Positions 9,968 to 18,916 of a stretch of DNA of 64,000 bases are shown piece by piece. The DNA is from Gammaproteobacteria bacterium. Lineage in GTDB: Bacteria; Pseudomonadota; Gammaproteobacteria; Francisellales; CACEW01. Below the pieces are notes generated by a model. The model did not search any database. It had not been told where the DNA came from and worked only from the letters and a program-made list of their open reading frames with translations. A program made the position numbers and the translations under genes. The stretch is taken from contig CBFIHN010000002.1 of assembly GCA_965662575.1 (NCBI GenBank), forward strand, positions 7,087 to 71,086. Reading direction: 5' to 3'. How positions within the stretch are numbered: the stretch's first letter is position 1; every line of letters begins with the position of its first letter.

Positions 9968-11188
9968 ATGCCAATATTCCATTACCGTGCTTGTAATGAC
10001 AAACAGGAAATTATTAGCGGCTCCTTAGAGGCAAGGGAAAAAATGTCAGTTGCCAACAACCTGATACAAAAGGGGCTAACACCAATCTCAATTACTGTTG
10101 AGAAGAAAGTCTTCTCACTATCACAGCTACTGTCTCTTGAAATCAGCAAGGAGAAAGTGAAAACGGATGAACTCATTATGTTCTGCCGACAAATGTATAG
10201 TTTAACCAAGGCTGGTGTACCACTCCTTGAGTCTTTACGCAAACTCGCTGAGACCACACGTGGAAAACGCTTACGCTTAAGTCTACTGGAGCTGGAAACT
10301 GAAATTGCACAAGGCCAATCATTTAGCGATAGCTTGGCTAAGCTTCCTGATGTCTTCCCAACAATTTTTGTTAGTGTGGTTAAAGCGGGTGAACAAAGTG
10401 GTCAGATGGAAATTGCGTTTGAGCGATTAGCTGCCCACTTCGAGCTTGACGCAAAAACCAAAAAAAAAGTCACCTCTGCCACACGTTATCCACTGATGGT
10501 TATTGGTGTTTTGGTGGTGGCATTTGGTGTGATTAATTTTATGGTTGTTCCTGCTTTTGCGGATATGTTTTCACAATTTCAACAAGATCTACCTATTGTT
10601 ACTCGAGCTTTAATGGGTATGTCGAATTTCCTAATAGGTAATTGGCTTATTTTATTGGTTCTACTTGGCATTATTATTTTTGCCGTGCGTTTTTATTTGA
10701 AGCTTCCCTCCGGCCGATATAGTTGGGATAAAGCCAAGCTCAATATGCCCTTATTTGGTCCGATTATTTACCGAGTGATTATTGCTCGCTTTGCACGGAT
10801 CTTCGATATGTTGGTGAAGTCGGGCGTGCCAATTGTTGACAGTATTAACTTAGTATCTGCCGTATTAGGCAACACTTACATGATCCAATCAATTCAACAC
10901 ATGGGTAAATCTGTTGAAGGGGGTGATAGTTTGACCAAGGCAGCCAAAGAGGCCGATGTTTTCTCACCCATCGCATTACAAATGCTCTCTGTAGGTGAAG
11001 AAGCCGGGATGCTCAATGATATGTTGTCGGAAATTGCGGACTACTATGAGCGAGAAGTTGACTATGACCTAGATCGCCTGGGAGACCTCATCGAACCGAT
11101 CCTTTTAGCAGTGCTTGGCATTATGGTGTTATTGATTGCATTGGGCGTATTTTTGCCTATGTGGAACATGACGAGCTTTTTGTCATGA
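9968..11188 (+). CDS. mshG: MSHA platform protein MshG (GspF/PilC family)
   Basis: 406 aa with a duplicated GspF-type domain and three TM blocks. It sits directly downstream of mshE. Confidence 0.9.
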   Translation: MPIFHYRACNDKQEIISGSLEAREKMSVANNLIQKGLTPISITVEKKVFSLSQLLSLEISKEKVKTDELIMFCRQMYSLTKAGVPLLESLRKLAETTRGKRLRLSLLELETEIAQGQSFSDSLAKLPDVFPTIFVSVVKAGEQSGQMEIAFERLAAHFELDAKTKKKVTSATRYPLMVIGVLVVAFGVINFMVVPAFADMFSQFQQDLPIVTRALMGMSNFLIGNWLILLVLLGIIIFAVRFYLKLPSGRYSWDKAKLNMPLFGPIIYRVIIARFARIFDMLVKSGVPIVDSINLVSAVLGNTYMIQSIQHMGKSVEGGDSLTKAAKEADVFSPIALQMLSVGEEAGMLNDMLSEIADYYEREVDYDLDRLGDLIEPILLAVLGIMVLLIALGVFLPMWNMTSFLS

Positions 11189-11619
11189 GTAGCTATCACC
11201 ATTTGTGTGTCAAGCACGGTCATCAATCTGGCAATCTAAAACATGAACACGGCTACAGTCTGATCGAGCTGATTATTTTTATCGTTGTCCTCGGTATTAT
11301 TGGTGTTTCATTGCTAATGGGCTTAAATACCGCACTGAAAAAATTACCCAATATTCAACACTATGACACCGCGCTGAATTTGGCTCAAGGTCGCTTGGCC
11401 TTTGTCACTAGTCAAAGCTTGTTCCGGGGGTTTAACAGTCTCTCCGATCCATGCGCATCAACCCCAACTCTGCCCATTTGTAGTACCCCAACAGGCTACA
11501 CCGTTAGCTCAACGATTACCAATAACTGGGGAAGTCAAAGCGATTATAAATTAGTGACTGTATCCGTTACGGGTATGGGCCAAGCCAGCCTATCGCAATT
11601 GGTGACCAATTATGACTAG
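11185..11619 (+). CDS. Prepilin-type protein (type IV pilin-like) with a long His-rich leader
   Basis: The ATG at 11185 overlaps the mshG stop (ATGA). Cleavage/methylation motif HG|YSLIELIIFIVVLGIIG with Glu at +5, and a Cys pair DPCASTPTLPIC. Confidence 0.75.
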   Translation: MSSYHHLCVKHGHQSGNLKHEHGYSLIELIIFIVVLGIIGVSLLMGLNTALKKLPNIQHYDTALNLAQGRLAFVTSQSLFRGFNSLSDPCASTPTLPICSTPTGYTVSSTITNNWGSQSDYKLVTVSVTGMGQASLSQLVTNYD

Positions 11620-12133
11620 TCATCACTCAGAAAATACACCTCGCGAAAAAGGCTTTACGCTTGTTGAACTTGTGATTACCATGATTCTAATTGGCGTTAT
11701 TTCAACAGTGGTTGGGCCATTGCTTTATGAAGGTGTGACCAATTTTAAAAAAGCACATGCGCTGGAGTCTTTGTCTTCTCAGGGAAGATCAACGTTGGAA
11801 TTGATGGCTCAGGATGTTCGCAATATTGGCGCGGAACTGAGTCATACGCTTATCAGTATGAATGCAAATCAACTTAGTATGGAAAATATGTACGACCAAA
11901 CGATTAGTTTTTCCCTCTCTGGTAGCGATTTAATTCGTACTATTGATGGCAATAACCAAAATTTAGCAGAGGATGTTAGTAGCTTAAGTTTTAGCTACTA
12001 CAATGTGAATGGGCAAACAACAGCAACCACAGCTGATGTGCGGTATATCAAGCTTGGATTGAGTTTAACTAAAGAAGGTTTGTCACAGCATTTTGAAACC
12101 ATTGTTGCATTAAGAAATGCCGTGTTAGGGTAA
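11612..12133 (+). CDS. Prepilin-type minor pilin-like protein
   Basis: Motif EKG|FTLVELVITMILIGVISTVV. It overlaps the upstream pilin gene by 8 nt. Confidence 0.75.
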   Translation: MTSHHSENTPREKGFTLVELVITMILIGVISTVVGPLLYEGVTNFKKAHALESLSSQGRSTLELMAQDVRNIGAELSHTLISMNANQLSMENMYDQTISFSLSGSDLIRTIDGNNQNLAEDVSSLSFSYYNVNGQTTATTADVRYIKLGLSLTKEGLSQHFETIVALRNAVLG

Positions 12134-12182
12134 CCAACGACTGGGTTAACCCTTCAGCTGAAAAAGACTAGAGGAGTAAGCG

Positions 12183-13799
12183 ATGACAATGCTTAAGCCA
12201 CAAAAAAATCAGCAGGGATTGATGCTCGTTGCTGCCTTGGTTTTGGTCATTATTCTGGGTGTGGTTGCAGTTATTGTTGCCCGCATTGCAACAACTGATT
12301 TAGCCGCTAGTAGCGAACAAGCTGATGCTGTTGATGCGTTTGCCATCGCTAATAGTGGGTTAGAGCGCGCTGTCTATGAGTTATCTCGGGTAGATCCATC
12401 TGACCGCACAGCCTGTGCAGATTTAGCCGGCACTTTTGGTACACAAAATTTTGGTCATGGTCAATACAATATTAGCGGGACGCATTATCATCCAACAGGT
12501 GTGACATTGTCAGTTAATATATTAGCCGCTAGTACAATCGCGCCAATTAGTACACTATCTGGCGTTGCTCCAGCCGGCCAAGTGCGCATTGGTCGTGAAT
12601 ACATTAACTACGGTGGCACAGGTTCAACTAGCGCAGGTTGTGGCGGCGGCTCTGCTCCATGCTTAACAGGCTTGGTCCGCGGTGTGCAAAACACAGTGGC
12701 TAGTGCTCATAGCAATGGCGAAAGCGTTTATCAAGATCAGTGTGTTGTTCGCTCAGAAGCTGGTGTGCCCAACTTAAGCTCTCCTGATGCAAAAAGAACC
12801 CTGGATGCAATAATGATCGCCTATGAAAGTGCCTGGGTGGTTGGTGACACCTTTAACAGCAATGCGACAACTGGCTATTGGGAAAGCCAAAGCTGGAACT
12901 ACCAAGCGCCTTCTCCTGCTATAAACAATAACCTCAATGATGTTTTTTGTTTAAATAATCAAGACTGCTGGGCTGTCGGTGATAACCGCACTTTCCTACA
13001 CTGGGATGGCGCTAGTTGGAGTGCTGGCAATGTCAGAACTTTCGGTCTATTTAGCGCGGTACCTTATGTTGATTTCCAAAGTGTTTACTGCGTTAATAGC
13101 AATGAATGCTGGGCTGTGGGTGACCGGAGTTGGTTGCTTTCAAGCATTGCCTACTGGAATGGCACCATTTGGAGCCGCGTATTTCCCTTTAGTCTTCGTA
13201 GTGAAGATTTGATCAGTGTCACTTGTGCTGCCAGTAATAGCTGCTGGGCCGTCGGTGATGACCGTATTTTTTATTACTTTAATGGTGCCCTATGGTATGA
13301 CGGTTTTGTCGATATTTTTGGTGCCGATGCTGTGCCTTATGAAAACTATACAGGTGTGTCATGTATTGATAGCGGCGATTGCTGGGCTGTTGGCCAAGAT
13401 GGCGCTCTAGCCTATTGGAACGGCAGTATTTGGCGCGGGGACTTATCAGTCGTGCCAAGTAGTGATTATTATGCTGTTAATTGTAGTGCAACCGATGACT
13501 GTTGGGCTGTGGGTGAAGTCTCCAGTGGCGATCCACTCATCATTTACTGGAATGGCAGTAGCTGGCAGCGAGAACCTGAGGCACAAATGGACAGTGTGCC
13601 TGTCGTTAACCTCTACGATATTGATTGTTCTGCCAGTGATAACTGTTGGGCTTCAGGGGCCAGTGGTGCTCTGATTCATTGGGACGGCACTGACTGGAGC
13701 GGTAACGTCACAAGCAATCTACCCACTGTTGCTCTCAGAGGATTAAGCATTCTGCGCGCGGATCGACCAAGACCGGCTGGTTTTTGGCAGCAGATTTAG
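12183..13799 (+). CDS. PilX-N/MshP-like pilin-like N-terminus fused to a 7-blade Cys-pair beta-propeller (candidate tip adhesin)
   Basis: N-terminus QQG|LMLVAALVLVIILGVVAVIVARIATTDL (hydrophobic pilin-like helix without Glu5). Residues about 215-525 carry seven repeats of about 45 aa of the form C-x5-CWAVGD-x6-9-(Y/H)W(N/D)G-x2-W. Confidence 0.6.
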   Translation: MTMLKPQKNQQGLMLVAALVLVIILGVVAVIVARIATTDLAASSEQADAVDAFAIANSGLERAVYELSRVDPSDRTACADLAGTFGTQNFGHGQYNISGTHYHPTGVTLSVNILAASTIAPISTLSGVAPAGQVRIGREYINYGGTGSTSAGCGGGSAPCLTGLVRGVQNTVASAHSNGESVYQDQCVVRSEAGVPNLSSPDAKRTLDAIMIAYESAWVVGDTFNSNATTGYWESQSWNYQAPSPAINNNLNDVFCLNNQDCWAVGDNRTFLHWDGASWSAGNVRTFGLFSAVPYVDFQSVYCVNSNECWAVGDRSWLLSSIAYWNGTIWSRVFPFSLRSEDLISVTCAASNSCWAVGDDRIFYYFNGALWYDGFVDIFGADAVPYENYTGVSCIDSGDCWAVGQDGALAYWNGSIWRGDLSVVPSSDYYAVNCSATDDCWAVGEVSSGDPLIIYWNGSSWQREPEAQMDSVPVVNLYDIDCSASDNCWASGASGALIHWDGTDWSGNVTSNLPTVALRGLSILRADRPRPAGFWQQI

Positions 13800-13830
13800 A
13801 GCCATATTGTAGTTTTATATTGATCGTTTT

Positions 13831-14295
13831 TTATGCGCTTGGCTTATTGCAAAGAGTCATATTTCGTCGCACAGTTTTTATTTGCTCAGTGCTTGCAGTT
13901 TTTAGAGCCTGATGAAAATAAGCTTGTGCTAATGAATAATGCTTTTGCTGACACAGAAAGATGGCATAACCATTTAAAATATCAGGGTTATTTGGCGATA
14001 GATCTAATGCCTGTTCAAACTGCACTCGCGCAGCCTGATTATTTTTGGTATGAATCAGATAATTTGCTTTGGCATAGTGTGCCATCGCTGATTGTGGGTT
14101 TTGCTGCAAAGCTTGATTAAGCTTGATGTTGGCTAAGCTCCAGTGGCCGTCTTTCATATAATCAAAAGCTAGCTCTGTGAAAATATCTGAAGCCGTGTTG
14201 GGATTTTTTTTCGTAATGACTTCGGTGCACTGACAAAGCGATAGCGCGAAACAAGTCAACAGGGTACGTGTGATGAATATTAGACAAATACGCAT
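13831..14295 (-). CDS. Small TPR-repeat lipoprotein (PilF/PilW-like)
   Basis: Signal/lipobox-like N-terminus (TCFALSLCQC) and TPR-like repeats (ALQQNPQSAMAHYAKANYL, ALDLSPNNPDILNGYAIFL). It is convergent with the msh operon. Confidence 0.5.
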   Translation of the reverse strand: MRICLIFITRTLLTCFALSLCQCTEVITKKNPNTASDIFTELAFDYMKDGHWSLANIKLNQALQQNPQSAMAHYAKANYLIHTKNNQAARVQFEQALDLSPNNPDILNGYAIFLCQQKHYSLAQAYFHQALKTASTEQIKTVRRNMTLCNKPSA

Positions 14296-14334
14296 TTGTA
14301 GCTTTCCTTACTATTGTTGTCCTAACAAGCAATT

Positions 14335-14442
14335 GGGGGGAAGTTACACGAATTTCTAGCAGCGCTTGTGTCGTTAAAAAAATGAAAACCATCCATTGAT
14401 TGCGCACAAGACCTCATTCTTTTAGACAGTCTATCATCCCCC
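14335..14442. repeat. Diverged second copy of the 1564-1713 palindromic element
   Basis: Core 14352-14400 (TTTCTAGCAGCGCTTGTGTCGTTAAAAAAATGAAAACCATCCATTGATT) aligns with 1586-1636 at roughly 80% identity by eye. Both copies have GGGGA-type termini in inverted orientation. Confidence 0.4.
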
Positions 14443-14566
14443 ACAAAGACTACATATTGACTAAATTTTAATCAAAAATCAACTGTTTGCTGACAAGCCT
14501 GTCATCCTTTATGCGAAACTGCTTAATCAATGCGGGTTTTAATGACAAGAGCCTTAACTAAGACGG

Positions 14567-15337
14567 TTAATGTTTAGCATAATTGAGTAGAACACTGACT
14601 AGTAAGGTGATCACCAGGCCCACTATCATATGCATAAAGCCTTTCCTATTTCTGCAGTTAGCAACAAACGGAGTATGTCTCAGACCATAAGTGGTTGCTA
14701 AATAGAGAAACACACCCGAAGCCATGCTAATCACGGTTGCTTTAAAAACAAGTACATCACTACCTTTGGCATATTGATTCACGATGGAACCGATCAGAAT
14801 CCCTAGGGGCGTTGCAATAGCAAAACAGCCAAATGCAAGGTAAGTTTGCCATCGTGTCATTTTGCTTTTTACCATGGTGAGCGCTAGAGCAAAGGATGCT
14901 GAACCTTTATGTGCAATGATCGCAATAAAGACCATGATAGCTGATAATGTATCACTGACGCCTAGTGCGGTACCTAGCATAAATGAGCATATCCCGATCA
15001 TCACGGTCATTACAATCGGGATAATCACGGAATGTGGCTCTGCATCTTGTTTTAAATGATCTAAGCGATGTTCTGTTGCCAACAGCAGAATAAACGTACC
15101 AATGCTAATATATGTTGCCATGGGGTAGACATGATGCTGCAATATTTTTTGCCACAGGCCAAAAGCGCCTGGCAGCATCACTGTTAAAGATAATGCCAAA
15201 AAAACACCGGAAGTAAATGCTTTTCCAGATGGAAAGGCATTTTGTGAGTTGGCGTCCTGCCTAACTAAAGGGAAAAATCCACCGGCTAAGCTCACTATAA
15301 GAATAGTAAAAAAGGAAAAAATTTGAAAATGAGTCAT
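14567..15337 (-). CDS. ZIP-family divalent metal (zinc) transporter-like membrane protein
   Basis: About 8 TM segments, a central His-containing loop (EHRLDHLKQDAEPH) and an IAHKGSASFALAL motif resembling the ZIP HK/HN-x-x-E/G-F/L-A-L signature. Confidence 0.55.
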   Translation of the reverse strand: MTHFQIFSFFTILIVSLAGGFFPLVRQDANSQNAFPSGKAFTSGVFLALSLTVMLPGAFGLWQKILQHHVYPMATYISIGTFILLLATEHRLDHLKQDAEPHSVIIPIVMTVMIGICSFMLGTALGVSDTLSAIMVFIAIIAHKGSASFALALTMVKSKMTRWQTYLAFGCFAIATPLGILIGSIVNQYAKGSDVLVFKATVISMASGVFLYLATTYGLRHTPFVANCRNRKGFMHMIVGLVITLLVSVLLNYAKH

Positions 15338-15552
15338 AGTAAAAGGGTAAAATTTATGGCTTTATTAAAAGTATAACAGGGCTGTCAAGCGTTCATCATG
15401 CTTGAAGATTCATCGGAATATGAGGGTGGTAAAGTGAAGAGCTTCAAGCTGGCATTTTTTTGAAAAAGATAGAATGAGAGTTTGACTGTTATGCGCTTAG
15501 AGCTGCCCTTTTAATCGGAGAGACCTGACCCCACGCCATTCCGAATTTGAAA

Positions 15553-15629
15553 TGGCGGACCGGACGGGACTCGAACCCGCGACCTCCGGCGTGACAGGCC
15601 AGCATTCTAACCAGCTGAACTACCGGTCC
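15553..15629 (-). tRNA. tRNA-Asp (GUC)
   Basis: The reverse complement reads GGACCGGTAGTTCAGCTGGTTAGAATGCTGGCCTGTCACGCCGGAGGTCGCGGGTTCGAGTCCCGTCCGGTCCGCCA. It is near-identical in layout to E. coli tRNA-Asp, with anticodon loop CUGUCAC. Confidence 0.92.
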
Positions 15630-15636
15630 GCAAAGA

Positions 15637-15712
<76 letters not shown>

Positions 15713-15799
15713 ACAATTTATTGTCTTTCGACAGCCTCAGCCTTGTCAAAAGAGCTAAGAGGCCGGCTATTATAATGGTTTTTATCGTCAATACAAGCG

Positions 15800-16804
15800 T
15801 TATTGTCGGTGATCATCAATTTTTTTTGCTTGCCAGTGAGCAACAACTTGTTCTACTTGTTTAGGTTTAATGAGATACATTTCTTGTTTGCCATCAATGT
15901 TGCCACTGGCTGACAAGCTTTGGGCTTGTGAACCAAGTGGCCCCCAGCGTGTAACAGATTTTAGAGGCTCTGCTGGAAATAACCCTAAGCAGCACGTGCC
16001 AAGTGACGCCGCAATATGGAGCGGGCCGGTACTACCAATAACCATGCCATCGATATGTGCCAGTAAAACGATAAGTTCATTCAGCGTCAGTTGTCCCATG
16101 ATGTTAATTGCTTGAGGGCATGGCTCAATAATCGATTGGTGAAATCTTTGTTTTTCTTGATTTGTTCCTGTGATCAATACATGAATATTTTTTTTATTGG
16201 CCCATTGGATCAGCTTGACAAAATACTCGCTTGGCCATTCTTTGGTGTTGCCTTGTGAGCCCGGATGGATAATCAAATTGAACTTTTTACTATCCATTAG
16301 TTTGGCAACACGATTGGTCAATTTGGGCTTTTGTATCGTCGTTAAGGCAGTTAGCTCTTGAAGGGAATAGTCGCTGCGCAGACCAAGTCCCGATAAAAGT
16401 TTCATATTGAGTTGTGCTTCGTGTTGCGAAGACCGTGACCGACTGAGATTGACTAAGCGGTTACAATATAGCCAATGAGGTAATCGGCGATTGGTGCCAA
16501 CCCGCTGAGAAATCCCCGCTTTTTTGCATAACTTGGCTAATAGTTTATTGGGTGTAATATGGATAACAGCATCTAAATGAAGTTGTTTAAGGTAAGTGAT
16601 AGCATGTTGTGTTTCAAGCTTTTCAAGTTCTTCTAGTGCAATAAATTGTTGAATCTGAGGGTAGTGTGTGATGACTGCACGGACATACTCACGGCCAAGG
16701 AAGACAAGCTGACTATTGGTGATGGTCACTTTAAGGGCGCCAGCAACTGGTAAACTTAGGATAACATCACCAATATGGTCAGTACGAATCAGGAGTATAC
16801 GCAT
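15800..16804 (-). CDS. Glycosyltransferase family 9 (LPS heptosyltransferase-like)
   Basis: N-terminus MRILLIRTDHIGDVILSLPV is typical of GT9. Its start overlaps the stop of the upstream gene (TAATG). Confidence 0.75.
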   Translation of the reverse strand: MRILLIRTDHIGDVILSLPVAGALKVTITNSQLVFLGREYVRAVITHYPQIQQFIALEELEKLETQHAITYLKQLHLDAVIHITPNKLLAKLCKKAGISQRVGTNRRLPHWLYCNRLVNLSRSRSSQHEAQLNMKLLSGLGLRSDYSLQELTALTTIQKPKLTNRVAKLMDSKKFNLIIHPGSQGNTKEWPSEYFVKLIQWANKKNIHVLITGTNQEKQRFHQSIIEPCPQAINIMGQLTLNELIVLLAHIDGMVIGSTGPLHIAASLGTCCLGLFPAEPLKSVTRWGPLGSQAQSLSASGNIDGKQEMYLIKPKQVEQVVAHWQAKKIDDHRQ

Positions 16805-18627
16805 TAATGTCCTCGGCGTTTTTGATAATATTGGCGGTAGAAGGTACTGCTTTTTTTCCAGAATTTAAACCAGTGGTCACTGGGAAACATATTGACACGA
16901 AATATTTCAAATAGATCATCTTCAATATGCATACCACCATTGTCTGTTGCCACAGCACAACTAAATCCAGCTTTTTGAGTGAGTGCTTTCATTGTTTGGT
17001 TGTAATTGCCAAAAGGGTAGGCAAAGCTAACAATGGGAATGTTAAATTCTTTCTCGAGAGCCGTTTTACTTTGTTTAATTTCTCGATAAGCATTGTTGTC
17101 ATCGAGTTCAGTTAGTTTGGCATGCGTCATTGTATGTGCGCCAATCTCCATGCCATTGTCGAGCAATTGTTGTAGTTGTTGTCGAGACATGAGTGCATCT
17201 AGCTGTTGCTCATCATCTCGATCCCAATCGTTATTGCGAATGCCGCGATCACCCAGAATAAACCAGGTTGCTTTGAAGTGGTACTTTTTCAGTAGGGGTA
17301 GAGCATAATCAAGATTATTCTGATATCCATCATCAAAAGTAATCATAATCGGCTTTTTAGGGAAGTTTTTTAATGATCGTTTTCCATTGCGATAGGCGCA
17401 GTATTCGCCGAGTGTTAGTGTGCTGAATCCTCTGAGTTTTAATGACTTTAATTGCGTCTCAAAGCGTGCTTTATCAACAAATGTTCGGTGATGGTAGGTT
17501 TTATCGTCATCGGTGATTTTATGATACATCAAGATGGGGATATGTTTTGGATGGTAGTGGCGCATACGTGTGCTGAGGTATAAGTCCATGATTTTTGGGT
17601 AAACATAATGACTGGAATACTGTTTGACAATTGTTTTAATTAATGTTTTCGAAATGGGCTTGTTACGATTGAGTGTTTTTATCAGGTCGTTATAAACAGC
17701 TTGATATTCAATGACAGCATATTTCTCCTGTATATCAATATCGCCAAAGTTAGATGCGATGGCTTGCTCAAGTGTTTTTGAGTTAATTAATCCACTATAG
17801 CAACCTTCGCCTAACGCCAATACCGGTCGGCCAAGCATTAATGCTTCAATCGCAATGCGCCCAGCAGCGATCACACATGTCGCCGAGGCCAGATATTCGG
17901 GTAAATTTTTAACAAAGCCTATGTTGATAATTCGCTCAGGATAGGTGGTGCTCAACATGTTGAACTGTCGTTGGCCGGCAGCGGGTAAATCTTGAATTTT
18001 ACCGCCAATGAGTTGGATCTGTATGCTAGGATATGCGTTGAGAATAGTCTCAGCCAGGTGCTGTAAAAATTCACTCGTACGCCTTCCTTTGGCGCCGGTT
18101 GTGCGTCCAGCGATGATTAACTTTTGTACTGCACTATATTCAGTTGTGTCATCAGAGTTCAGATCGACTAAATTGGGGATGACAGCAATACGTTGTTGAT
18201 CTATTTTTAATGGTGTCATTTGCTGTTTGATATTGTCACAAACAGCAATAGCTGCATCGCCGTAGCAGTTAAATAGTTTTTTGCCTAGGCGTGGTGACTG
18301 CCGGCCGTGAATCGTTGAGATACAGGGTATGTGAGCAAGTTTCGCAGCAATAGACGCCACCCAACTTGCCGCACGTGAGTGAGCATGCACGATGTCAATA
18401 TGATGTTGACTCATCATTCGATGCAAGGATTTGATATTGCGGATACGGCTGGTCAAACGTCGGTTATCAATATTGAGAGAAAGATATTTCGCTTGAGTAG
18501 CTGAATGGAGTTGATCTGAACAAATAAAGACATGATGGCCTTTGCTAATTTGCTGCTCGGCTAGGGCAATGGCATAACTCTCAGCGCCAGTGAGTTCGAG
18601 TTGAGATAAAACATGAAGAATATTCAC
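16804..18627 (-). CDS. Fusion protein: GT4 glycosyltransferase (N-terminal) plus NodB-type polysaccharide deacetylase CE4 (C-terminal)
   Basis: N-terminus MNILHVLSQLELTGAESYAIALA (GT4-like). The C-terminal half carries ILMYHKI, TFDDGYQNN and HTMTHAKL (NodB Asp-Asp and His-x-x-x-His motifs). Confidence 0.75.
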   Translation of the reverse strand: MNILHVLSQLELTGAESYAIALAEQQISKGHHVFICSDQLHSATQAKYLSLNIDNRRLTSRIRNIKSLHRMMSQHHIDIVHAHSRAASWVASIAAKLAHIPCISTIHGRQSPRLGKKLFNCYGDAAIAVCDNIKQQMTPLKIDQQRIAVIPNLVDLNSDDTTEYSAVQKLIIAGRTTGAKGRRTSEFLQHLAETILNAYPSIQIQLIGGKIQDLPAAGQRQFNMLSTTYPERIINIGFVKNLPEYLASATCVIAAGRIAIEALMLGRPVLALGEGCYSGLINSKTLEQAIASNFGDIDIQEKYAVIEYQAVYNDLIKTLNRNKPISKTLIKTIVKQYSSHYVYPKIMDLYLSTRMRHYHPKHIPILMYHKITDDDKTYHHRTFVDKARFETQLKSLKLRGFSTLTLGEYCAYRNGKRSLKNFPKKPIMITFDDGYQNNLDYALPLLKKYHFKATWFILGDRGIRNNDWDRDDEQQLDALMSRQQLQQLLDNGMEIGAHTMTHAKLTELDDNNAYREIKQSKTALEKEFNIPIVSFAYPFGNYNQTMKALTQKAGFSCAVATDNGGMHIEDDLFEIFRVNMFPSDHWFKFWKKSSTFYRQYYQKRRGH

Positions 18628-18916
18628 AGCACAGAGAAGTCATGATTTTTGTTGATATTACTGTGAATGGATAAAATTTTCCAGGTAGCTAGTAGCTAAT
18701 ATATGGGCAAATAAAAGGGTTAAAAATTAGACAAAAGATTTTATTTTGGCTAAAATATAAGCATAAGTTATCATATATCTAAGTTTGGTTGAATAGATGA
18801 GTCTGTCCTCATCCCCGTGCAGGTGGGAACAAAATCTCATTGAATATCAACCAATTAGGTGCGGCCCCAAATGCTAGTTATCAATTTGTGGCAAATGGAT
18901 TTGAGAGATACAATGA

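Noticed and set aside
12979-13674. Three 64-77 aa ORFs in another frame inside the propeller gene
   Set aside because: They are alternative-frame artefacts of the repeat-rich 12183-13799 CDS. Their Cys/Val/Leu-rich nonsense composition mirrors the repeats.
14162-14407. 81-aa minus-strand ORF
   Set aside because: It overlaps the TPR lipoprotein's 5' end and is largely encoded by the repeat element copy at 14335-14442. It is probably not a gene.
15338-15420. Possible Zur box (TGTTATAC...) upstream of the ZIP transporter
   Set aside because: Only a half-site-like match is present, not the palindromic GAAATGTTATAATATAACATTTC-type consensus.
18806-18832. CTCATCCCCGTGCAGGTGGGAAC resembles the reverse complement of a type I-E CRISPR repeat (GTTCCCC...GGGGAT..)
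   Set aside because: It is a single copy with poor stem complementarity, no spacer-repeat periodicity and no cas genes in the window.
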